DNA of 64,000 bases, taken from positions 20,830 to 84,829 of the forward strand of contig JAQBUV010000003.1 in assembly GCA_027623815.1 (NCBI GenBank), written 5' to 3'. The stretch is from Chloroflexota bacterium. Its GTDB lineage: Bacteria > Chloroflexota > Dehalococcoidia > Lucifugimonadales > UBA3495. Within the stretch, counting starts at the first letter, position 1. Each line of letters starts with the position of its first letter. The notes below the pieces were generated by a model. That model saw only the letters and a list, made by a program, of their open reading frames with translations, did not search any database and was not told the origin of the DNA. Shown piece after piece: positions 47,473 to 55,193 of the stretch. Made by a program: the position numbers and the translations under genes.

Positions 47473-48960
47473 TTACTCCTGGTTGCTGTTCTGGTTGCGT
47501 TGATTGTTGAGAAATTCCGCCGCCATGTTAAGGGCTTGCTCGCGGGTAGTGATCTCTCCGGCGGCTTGGGCCTCGTTGATTTGCTCAATCAACGTCCCAA
47601 TGTGCGGGCCGGGGGTTAGTTTGAATTCTTGGATCAGGTCATGTCCAGTTAGCAAACGGGCCGAACTGTCCGGTTTAGTTTGATCCGCCCCGCCTTGTAA
47701 AATGTGCGTCATCATTCTAGCATGTCTGGCCCAGTCATCAGGTAGCACTTCTGGGCCTTTTGCCGCCAGATAGTCGGCCATTGCCAGGTACAAGGTGTCG
47801 ATGGCCACGTCTCCCAGGTCACGGAAATAGCGGTAGACCGCCCGATTGGTGGGCAAATCCTCCCCGTGGTGCATATTGCTGGGACGCAGGTGCTGCTCCA
47901 CCATTTTAGACACCATCGCTATCCCCCGAGAACTCAGCCTCAGGTGGGACAGCCGCTGGTGAGCCATCTCGGCGCCCATTTCCGAGTGCCCCAGGAACCT
48001 AGTCCTACCCGTTGCGTCCTGGGCCTTGGTTTGAGGCTTGGCGATGTCATGGAGTAACGCGGTCAGCTTGAGAATAGTGCGCCGGGTGTGGCCGTCGCTG
48101 GCCTGTTGATTGAAGTAATCCACCGACTCTTGTGTCCAGGGGACATGGGAATATATGGCCGAATTCTGGTGACCCTTGGTGACTAGTTCCGCAGTCTCCA
48201 CCGTATGAATTGAGTGCCCCCAAACATCCCAGTAGTGGACTATGGGCTGCTCTACTCCTTTGGTGATCGCCAACTCTGGGATGACCCGGCAAAGCAAGTC
48301 CAGCCGGTCGAGAATTTCCAGTTGGCTGCTGGCATTGTCTCCGGCCAGGATCGCCAGGAACTCGTCCCGCACCCGCTCCGGGGAGACTTTCTCGATACGG
48401 TGAGCTTCGGAGCGAATCAGGCTGGCGGTTTCCGGTTCCAGACGAAACCGTAGACGAGATGCCAGACGGACCGCCCGCAGCAGCCGACCGGGGTCTGCTG
48501 CAAATACCTGGGGGTGCGTAACCCGAATCCGCTTTTGGGCCAGGTCGGCGATGCCGCCGGTCGGGTCAATGACCGCATCTCGCCACTGGTCGCTCAACCA
48601 GCTAGCCAATGGCAATGCCAAGGCATCTACGGTAAAGTCTCGGCGGTGCAGGTCTTCCCCAATGCTCCCGGAGAATCCGGCCAGGTCAATGTTCCACTGC
48701 TGGCCGTCCTGGTCGGTTGACACTATCCGGCAAACGCTGTGGGTTCGGCTGAGCGGTACATAGGTGCCGTCCAACTCCCGGGCCAAGGCTTGACCCAATG
48801 CCTGGGGGTCGCCGGGCATTGCGACGTCAATGTCTTTGGAAGGTTTAGAAATGAGCGAATCTCTTAGGTAGCCGCCCACCAGGAAGGCGGAGCATTGGCG
48901 AGAATCAAGGAATGCGCTCAGTTTGGCCAGTATGTCTGGGGAATTATTTGCGGCAATCAC
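47473..48960 (-). CDS. cca: CCA tRNA nucleotidyltransferase / poly(A) polymerase family protein with HD domain
   Basis: GTG start. LVGGYLRDSL...KDIDV head motif, and an HD region (LLHDIAKP). Confidence 0.85.
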   Translation of the reverse strand: MIAANNSPDILAKLSAFLDSRQCSAFLVGGYLRDSLISKPSKDIDVAMPGDPQALGQALARELDGTYVPLSRTHSVCRIVSTDQDGQQWNIDLAGFSGSIGEDLHRRDFTVDALALPLASWLSDQWRDAVIDPTGGIADLAQKRIRVTHPQVFAADPGRLLRAVRLASRLRFRLEPETASLIRSEAHRIEKVSPERVRDEFLAILAGDNASSQLEILDRLDLLCRVIPELAITKGVEQPIVHYWDVWGHSIHTVETAELVTKGHQNSAIYSHVPWTQESVDYFNQQASDGHTRRTILKLTALLHDIAKPQTKAQDATGRTRFLGHSEMGAEMAHQRLSHLRLSSRGIAMVSKMVEQHLRPSNMHHGEDLPTNRAVYRYFRDLGDVAIDTLYLAMADYLAAKGPEVLPDDWARHARMMTHILQGGADQTKPDSSARLLTGHDLIQEFKLTPGPHIGTLIEQINEAQAAGEITTREQALNMAAEFLNNQRNQNSNQE

Positions 48961-48994
48961 AAAGAAGTTAGCCTGAGGCTAGGCTAGCCGGGGG

Positions 48995-49026
48995 GATGAC
49001 ATGAATAATAGATGACATAATAAAGT
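48995..49026. repeat. Imperfect 16-bp tandem duplication (GATGACATGAATAATA / GATGACATAATAAAGT)
   Basis: Copies at 48995..49010 and 49011..49026 with one indel. On the minus strand it duplicates a TATTAT box upstream of cca. Confidence 0.7.
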
Positions 49027-49043
49027 AGAATGCATCAGATGGT

Positions 49044-49625
49044 CTATTCCTGGGATTTTCCTGGCGTACCGCTTTCTGGTAGCTCAGACTCAGGCGAGGC
49101 GTCGTCTGATTTTTGAGTCTCCGCTTCTTCTTGGGGGTTGCCTTCTTGCGGATTATAGGTAATTTTCCAAAGTTTTTCTCGTGAAACCAGCCGGTCAATG
49201 TATAGAATGCCATTCAAGTGGTCGGTCTCATGCTCCAATGCTTGGGCCAGCAGTCCCTCGGCCTTAATGCGTATCACCTTGCCGCTCAGGTCCAATGCCC
49301 GCGCGCGCACCTTTTCAGACCGCTTGACCGTGCCTCGATAACCGGGAATGCTGAGGCAACCCTCTTCGATTTCCCGCTCGCCCTCCCGTCGTATTATTTC
49401 CGGGTTGATTAGGACCAGGGGTTCGTCCCAGTCCGGCAATTGAATCACCGCGACTTTCTGTAATGACCCGACCTGGTTGGCCGCCAGTCCGACGCCTTCC
49501 TCGGCGTGCATCGTCTCAACCATGTCATCGGTGTACTTTTTCATGGTGGGTGGGATTTTGCTGATCTTCTTGGCCTTTTCGCGGAGAACCCCGTCGGGGA
49601 CGAATCTCATGGACAAAAGCGACAC
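49044..49625 (-). CDS. def: Peptide deformylase with ~45-aa acidic C-terminal tail
   Basis: GTG start 9-10 nt after GGAGG. Motifs GVGLAANQ, EGCLS, HETDH. Confidence 0.93.
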   Translation of the reverse strand: MSLLSMRFVPDGVLREKAKKISKIPPTMKKYTDDMVETMHAEEGVGLAANQVGSLQKVAVIQLPDWDEPLVLINPEIIRREGEREIEEGCLSIPGYRGTVKRSEKVRARALDLSGKVIRIKAEGLLAQALEHETDHLNGILYIDRLVSREKLWKITYNPQEGNPQEEAETQKSDDASPESELPESGTPGKSQE

Positions 49626-49679
49626 GCTGACCTACCTCCAGGTTATGCTACGGCGAATACGTAGGTGATAATAACCACG

Positions 49680-49708
49680 ATTATAGCCGGGGATTTTTGT
49701 CAGTGTAA
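49680..49708 (-). promoter_or_regulatory. Putative sigma-70 promoter for def
   Basis: Minus strand: TTACAC (49708-49703), a 17-nt spacer, then TATAAT (49685-49680). Confidence 0.5.
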
Positions 49709-49716
49709 AGGCGGGC

Positions 49717-52227
49717 CTATAAAACATGAGCCGGGTCAACATCGACCGTCCAATTAGAGGCAAACTTCATTCCTTCCAGGAACCGGTGCAAGTTACGCCC
49801 GCGCAGGGTGACATGCCAGCGGAAGTGGCCCCGCACCCGTTGGGGAATACCCGGCGCCGGGCCGATTACTTCAACGTCGGTCAGACCTTGGGCGTTCACC
49901 TTCAGCCGGAACAGTCGGGCAGTCTCAGTCGCCTGGCGTTGGCAGACGGTAGCGTTGATGTCCTGACACACCAGATGCACCAAACGGTTAAAGGGCGGGT
50001 TGCCCTGTTGATGCCGAGATTCAATTTCTCGTTGGTAAAGAGCCGGGTAGTCTTGCTGGGACGCGGCTATGATGGCGTAGTGGTCGGGCTGGTAGGTCTG
50101 AATGATTACCCGTCCGGGTGCAAGCCCACGACCAGCCCGCCCGGCGACCTGACATAACAAGCCAAAGGCCCGCTCGCCAGCCCTGAAGTCGGGCAGGTGC
50201 AGGCCAACGTCGGCCAGAACCACGCCCACCAGCGTCACGTTGGGCACGTCCAGTCCCTTGGCTACCATTTGGGTGCCTACCAGAACCTGAATCTCCCCGC
50301 TGGCCAGGCGGCGCATGGTCTCCTTTGGGCCAGGGCCATTGCGGGAGGCGTCGGCGTCCCATCTTTCGATATTGACGCCGGGCAGTAGTTGAGCGACCTC
50401 ATCCACCACTCGTTGCGTGCCGATGCCCAGTTGTCGAATGCGAGTACCGCCGCATTGACGGCAGCTTCGGGGCATTCGAGTACGGCGGTTGCAGCGGTGG
50501 CAAAGTAATCGGGCGTTGGTATATGCGTCCGAAGAGGCATCGGCGGAATGGAAGGTCAGCGACACCGAGCAATTGGGGCAGGTAACCACGTATCCGCAAT
50601 CACGGCACTGCACAATGGGCGAACTGCCGCGCCGGTTGAGGAACAGTATCGCCTGCTGGCCTTGGCGAATGCATTCAACTAGGCCCTGTTCCAACCGGCG
50701 GCTGAAGATGCTGCGGTTCCCATCGCGCAGTTCGTCACGCATATCGCAGACTTCGGTTTGGGCCAACTGCGCCGTCTCGGCAGCATTGCTCCGGCTAATG
50801 CGGTGGGGCAGTTCCAATAGATGATGCCTGCCTCTTTGAGCGTGATAATAGGTTTCCACGTCCGGTGTGGCACTGCCCATGACGACTACCGCCTCGGTGA
50901 GTCGGGCCACCTCCAGGGCGGTGGTGCGGGCGTGATACAGTGGCTGCGCCTCCTCTTGCTTGTAAGTCCACTCGTGTTCTTCGTCGATTACGATCAATCC
51001 CAGGTTGGGCAGGGGAGCGAACAGTGCGCTGCGCGGCCCGACCACCACGTCATAGCCGCCGTCTCGAATCTTCCACCACTGGTCAAATTTCTCCCGGGGC
51101 TTCTGGCGGCTGTGTATAATCGCTACCCGGCCGGGAAAGCGGACGCTGACCCGTTCCACAGTCTGGGCAGTGAGGCTAATTTCGGGAACTAAAAAGATAG
51201 CCTGCTGGCCTCGCGACACCACCCGTTCCATTGCCCGCAGGTAGACCTCAGTTTTGCCGCTGCCGGTAACTCCATGCAGCAGAAAGCTTTGTGGCAGTAG
51301 TTGAGTATCATTCAATCCTGCGGTGATCCGCTCCAAGGCAGCGGCTTGCGCGGCGGTGAGAGTCAACGGCGGTGCAATGCTTGGCGATTCTATAGCCGGA
51401 GATTCTATCGTCGGTGATTCCATAGATGCCAGCGATTCTGAATTGCCCCTGACCCACTCCATCGCCAGCAGTCCCTTATCCACCAGAGCGTTGGCCGTGC
51501 CGCTGCCAAATTCCTTGTTGGCTAGAGACGTCGGGTACGGCTTTTCCGTAGAGCCTACTGCCTTTAATAGCTCAGCCTGTTTCGAAGGTAACCCTTCGAT
51601 TAATAACTCGCTCGACTCGCCGGCGTGTGAAGCAATGGGAGGGCCGTTGGCAGCATTGGCCTGGGCTGGGATCAGGAAACAGTCGTAGTGAAAACGGCCC
51701 GGGTGAGGCAGGTCTACTTGCCGCTGAACCAGGCCGCGCTCTGCCAGTCGATTGACTTCGCGGGTTCCCGCGCGTCCCAATAGCTTGGTGAACTCGGCCT
51801 CGCTGAGGTGGTTCTTTTGGCCTAGAGCGCGGAGCGCTTCTTGCGTCGCCGGATTGAGCGAGGCTAGCGCATCAGCAGAAACCGTTGACGCGGCGATTCT
51901 GGAACGGACGTGGGCTTTGAAGCTGGGGGGCAACATTAACCCCAGAGCGTCGAAGAGGGAGCATAAGTAGTAACGGCTGATCCACTGGGCCAGCTTCAGG
52001 CCAAGGGGAGTAACCAAGGGTGTGGGTTCTACCGGCTGAAGGATGTCCCGGGTGTTCTCTACCTGGGGAGTGGCGGAAAGCTCCAAGACAATTCCCTGGG
52101 CCACGCGGCGACCGAACGGAACCCAGACCAACTGGCCGGGTTCAACCGTGAAAGTGTCTGGAATACTGTACGAGAAGCTACGGGATGGGCCAACCGGAGC
52201 ATCCACCACGACTTCTGCGTATTTCAT
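49717..52227 (-). CDS. priA: Primosomal protein N' (replication restart helicase PriA)
   Basis: Walker A GVTGSGKTEV, DEEH box, and a Cys-rich zinc region (CRDCGYVVTCPNC...CHRC...CRQCG). Confidence 0.93.
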   Translation of the reverse strand: MKYAEVVVDAPVGPSRSFSYSIPDTFTVEPGQLVWVPFGRRVAQGIVLELSATPQVENTRDILQPVEPTPLVTPLGLKLAQWISRYYLCSLFDALGLMLPPSFKAHVRSRIAASTVSADALASLNPATQEALRALGQKNHLSEAEFTKLLGRAGTREVNRLAERGLVQRQVDLPHPGRFHYDCFLIPAQANAANGPPIASHAGESSELLIEGLPSKQAELLKAVGSTEKPYPTSLANKEFGSGTANALVDKGLLAMEWVRGNSESLASMESPTIESPAIESPSIAPPLTLTAAQAAALERITAGLNDTQLLPQSFLLHGVTGSGKTEVYLRAMERVVSRGQQAIFLVPEISLTAQTVERVSVRFPGRVAIIHSRQKPREKFDQWWKIRDGGYDVVVGPRSALFAPLPNLGLIVIDEEHEWTYKQEEAQPLYHARTTALEVARLTEAVVVMGSATPDVETYYHAQRGRHHLLELPHRISRSNAAETAQLAQTEVCDMRDELRDGNRSIFSRRLEQGLVECIRQGQQAILFLNRRGSSPIVQCRDCGYVVTCPNCSVSLTFHSADASSDAYTNARLLCHRCNRRTRMPRSCRQCGGTRIRQLGIGTQRVVDEVAQLLPGVNIERWDADASRNGPGPKETMRRLASGEIQVLVGTQMVAKGLDVPNVTLVGVVLADVGLHLPDFRAGERAFGLLCQVAGRAGRGLAPGRVIIQTYQPDHYAIIAASQQDYPALYQREIESRHQQGNPPFNRLVHLVCQDINATVCQRQATETARLFRLKVNAQGLTDVEVIGPAPGIPQRVRGHFRWHVTLRGRNLHRFLEGMKFASNWTVDVDPAHVL
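51383..51427. repeat. In-frame 15-bp tandem repeat x3 inside priA (encodes ESPxI x3)
   Basis: GGCGATTCTATAGCC / GGAGATTCTATCGTC / GGTGATTCCATAGAT. The protein reads MESPTIESPAIESPSIAPP. Confidence 0.8.
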
Positions 52228-52263
52228 AGACCAGCCATCGTGTGAATGCTGACGTTCGCCGGG

Positions 52264-52656
52264 TTAAGTTTCGGAAGGTGGCTCCGCAGGCTGATTCCTC
52301 TCGCGGCGAACCCGGGGCTTCTCTTTGATTCGGGCTGCCCGTCCCTGTAGACCGCGCAGATAGTACAACTTGGCCCGGCGTACCATACCCTGGCGAGTCA
52401 CTTCCAAAGAATCGATCAATGGAGAGTGGAGGGGGAACGTGCGCTCTATGCCGACACCGCCGTTAGCAATGCGCCGGACAGTGAAGTTGGAGGCGGGGCC
52501 TTTGCCGTTCTGGCGACGAATTACCACGCCTTGGAAGGCCTGCACTCGCTCTCGGTCGCCCTCACGAATTCGGAAATTAACCTTTACTGAATCGCCTGGC
52601 CCAAAGTCAGGAATCTTGTCATTAACTTTGAGGCCTAATAGCTGCGAAGCGTCCAT
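52264..52656 (-). CDS. rplS: 50S ribosomal protein L19
   Basis: ...[33 protein letters not shown].... Confidence 0.95.
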   Translation of the reverse strand: MDASQLLGLKVNDKIPDFGPGDSVKVNFRIREGDRERVQAFQGVVIRRQNGKGPASNFTVRRIANGGVGIERTFPLHSPLIDSLEVTRQGMVRRAKLYYLRGLQGRAARIKEKPRVRRERNQPAEPPSET

Positions 52657-52876
52657 TTTGATCGCCTTTCCAGAGTTAGATGTAAAGATGTCAATGGGAT
52701 GTTGGTATGCTGGTCGGAGCCTCTTCAGAAGAGGCAGGGTCTATGATAACACGCCAGGCGACGATTTGGAACCGGCTGAGACCTTACCCAAAAACTCCGC
52801 TAATTTGGCTTGGGATGGGTGGATCGGAAGTCCACAACCGCTCTAGGGGAGCCTGGCGAAGGACATTTTAGACCGG

Positions 52877-52906
52877 CCCTAAGAACCTTAGCCCTAAGAA
52901 CCTTAG
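52877..52906. repeat. Perfect 15-bp tandem duplication (CCCTAAGAACCTTAG x2) overlapping a stop codon
   Basis: Copies at 52877..52891 and 52892..52906. Each unit holds a small CTAAG/CTTAG inverted repeat. The TAA of the 52903 gene lies in copy 2. Confidence 0.9.
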
Positions 52907-53760
52907 CACAGACCGCTGTCCAACTGGTCGAACACTCCCTGGGCTTGACGATTTTTTGGAGAGACGGTACCGTCGCTTGCCACCGCCCATACGCCATAAT
53001 TGGCGCTGATATTGGTCTTGGCCGTTACTACCCATTCGCCTTTTGCCGAGTTCAACGTGGCTTGCAAGTCATCAATTGCCATGTTCGGGTAGCAGTTCAC
53101 CAGCGTCGCCCACAGAGTGGTGACCGCTTGAGATGCCTCAGTGATGTCGGAATTTAGCAATGGCGATGGGGTGGGGGTAAAAAACCCGCTGAATAGCCCG
53201 GGGGTGCAATCCTGGTTAATCAGCGGTTCCCACTGGCGGGCTCGAATATTGTGGGCCTGGATTACGCCTGAACTTGGGTCTACCTTCCAGAGGCCGTATT
53301 GGTCTGATGGCTCACCGGCGGCTTGCACAAACCATTCCCCTTGGATTTGTCTGGCCTCCAGATCGTTGACCTTGATGGAAACGCACTGGGTCAGGTAGGC
53401 CCACACCAGATTGCGAGCTTGGTCATCATTGCCTGGCGTGGTTACGGTCGGTACTGGGATCGCAGCTGCCGGAATTTCCGTTGGAGTGGGACTTGGCTCG
53501 GGTTCGGCGGCAGCCGTCTCTTTATCCGCCTGTTCCAGTTGGTCTACTTCCGTAAGGATTCGTTCCAGTCCTACTTCAGCCAGTTCCGGAGAAGTCTCTT
53601 CAGTAGGTTCATCGCCGGGTAATGCTTCCTCGTCGTCTCCATTAAAAGGATTGCAGGCAAGCAATAGTGTGGCGGATAAAAGGAGGATTATGAACAGCGA
53701 CGCCGAAAAACGGCGCGGGCCCCGAATGAAGTTGTATGTGGAATTGATGGGTGATTCCAT
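52903..53760 (-). CDS. Hypothetical lipoprotein with two tandem ~70-aa Cys-bounded domains
   Basis: Signal plus lipobox (LLLAC, Cys36), then an acidic/Pro-rich linker. Two homologous domains at aa ~115-185 and ~211-285 share W-A-x-L-x2-C ... DL ... GEW-x-V-x-A ... YG-x-W ... C. Confidence 0.7.
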   Translation of the reverse strand: MESPINSTYNFIRGPRRFSASLFIILLLSATLLLACNPFNGDDEEALPGDEPTEETSPELAEVGLERILTEVDQLEQADKETAAAEPEPSPTPTEIPAAAIPVPTVTTPGNDDQARNLVWAYLTQCVSIKVNDLEARQIQGEWFVQAAGEPSDQYGLWKVDPSSGVIQAHNIRARQWEPLINQDCTPGLFSGFFTPTPSPLLNSDITEASQAVTTLWATLVNCYPNMAIDDLQATLNSAKGEWVVTAKTNISANYGVWAVASDGTVSPKNRQAQGVFDQLDSGLC

Positions 53761-53926
53761 GCTTTGAAAGTGCGCAGCCTATTGATAGATCGTTTGATAA
53801 ATCGTGCGAAGGCTTTGTTCGGGGAAAGGTGCCAACACTTCCAGTTTATCCGACCCGGGTGTCCAACACCGGAGTGCCTACCCATGGGAGGACAGGGGGT
53901 TATCCAATACATGTAATACATTTAGG

Positions 53927-54622
53927 TCAACCAGCGCAATCGGTAGGCAGGGGTTGCTGGGTCGAAACTTGTGAAGCGAAGTCTGGATCCAATGACGTTG
54001 GTTCCAATCCCTGGGCGGCGCTACCCGAGAAGGCAAGTCCGCCGTATCCGGTGGTGTTCATATGCGCCCGCACAATGACCCGGTCGTCTGAGCCAACGCT
54101 TACTGGCCCGCCCGAGCGGGTGAAGGGCTGCTCACCTACATGACTATGCAGCAGCACCCGGCGGTAGATCAGGTCTCCTTGCGGGGATAACACCTCCCAC
54201 CAATCGGCGTACTGTTCGCAACCAATGTCAGGACTCTCCACGCTGACTGAGAAAGTGTAACTGTCGGGACCACCGCCAACCGTTACCTTGGTCACGTTAG
54301 CGCGATCAGGGTCAACGTGGGAAACTGAATTTGGCGCGACTGCTGCCGTTGGGGACAGGTATGTCTCAGGCGTCATGCTGGCAGCCGATGTTGGCGGGAA
54401 TGTGGTTGGAGCGGGAGCCACCGTGATGCTAGGGTCTGGATCGGGTGAGTCTGCGACGGAGGCCAGATTGTTGGTTGTACTCGCTTCCACGGAAGTTGGT
54501 GCGGCTATCTCCGGTGCCGCCGGGGATGGGACTATCGCCGTTGGGGCCACATTAGTGCCGTCTGTTGGTGTCTGGCACGCCAGGAGCAAGGCCGCCAACA
54601 AAATTAATCCTATAGTCTTCAT
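53927..54622 (-). CDS. Hypothetical lipoprotein
   Basis: MKTIGLILLAALLLAC lipobox (Cys16), a Pro/Thr/Ala-rich linker, and a ~120-aa C-terminal domain (…GCEQYADWWEVLSPQGDLIYRRVLLHSHVGEQPF…). No family named. Confidence 0.7.
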   Translation of the reverse strand: MKTIGLILLAALLLACQTPTDGTNVAPTAIVPSPAAPEIAAPTSVEASTTNNLASVADSPDPDPSITVAPAPTTFPPTSAASMTPETYLSPTAAVAPNSVSHVDPDRANVTKVTVGGGPDSYTFSVSVESPDIGCEQYADWWEVLSPQGDLIYRRVLLHSHVGEQPFTRSGGPVSVGSDDRVIVRAHMNTTGYGGLAFSGSAAQGLEPTSLDPDFASQVSTQQPLPTDCAG

Positions 54623-54821
54623 ATTGCCTCTACGTCAAGGAATATCTCGAATATCTTATGGAACATGTTCAGTATACCGTGCCGCCAATCGGGTCAAAAT
54701 TGATGCGCCTGGGATGAAGACCAGAATTAGTGACAGTAGATGATTGATGTGCGCACAAACGTTCTATAAACTGCACGGCAAGACAAAGATGCAAGATTTC
54801 GATGAATATAAGGGAATTGAA

Positions 54822-55154
54822 ATGACTACTGTCACCGAACGGGAGCCCCAAGTCACCAGAACCGAGTGCCTGAACCGCCCGGCGCCAGTCGAGATGGTCG
54901 AAAACGATGCTCAAGGATGTGCTTGGCTAAATCTGGCGGGCGAGTGGCTCAAGATCGTGTCGGTGAAAAATCTGTGGGACATCGACGGTCATGACACCGG
55001 AGAAAAGCCATTTATACGGATGCACTTTCGGGTCATGGTCGAGGATGGCCGCCAAATACTGTTGTTCCAAGACCTGATTGACGGTTCTTGGTATCAGGAT
55101 ATTACCCTAGCCAGCAGTAATTATGCTCAGCCCACGCCAATATACCGAACCTAA
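54822..55154 (+). CDS. Hypothetical small protein
   Basis: The ORF opens at 54744 (TTG). ATG 54822 follows AAGGGA by 6 nt. Contains EWLKIVSVKNLWDIDG...FIRMHFRVMVEDGRQILLFQDLIDGSWYQD. The start is uncertain. Confidence 0.5.
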   Translation: MTTVTEREPQVTRTECLNRPAPVEMVENDAQGCAWLNLAGEWLKIVSVKNLWDIDGHDTGEKPFIRMHFRVMVEDGRQILLFQDLIDGSWYQDITLASSNYAQPTPIYRT

Positions 55155-55193
55155 ACCGGGTGAAGGTTTATTCTGGAGTCTTTGTCCCGGCAC

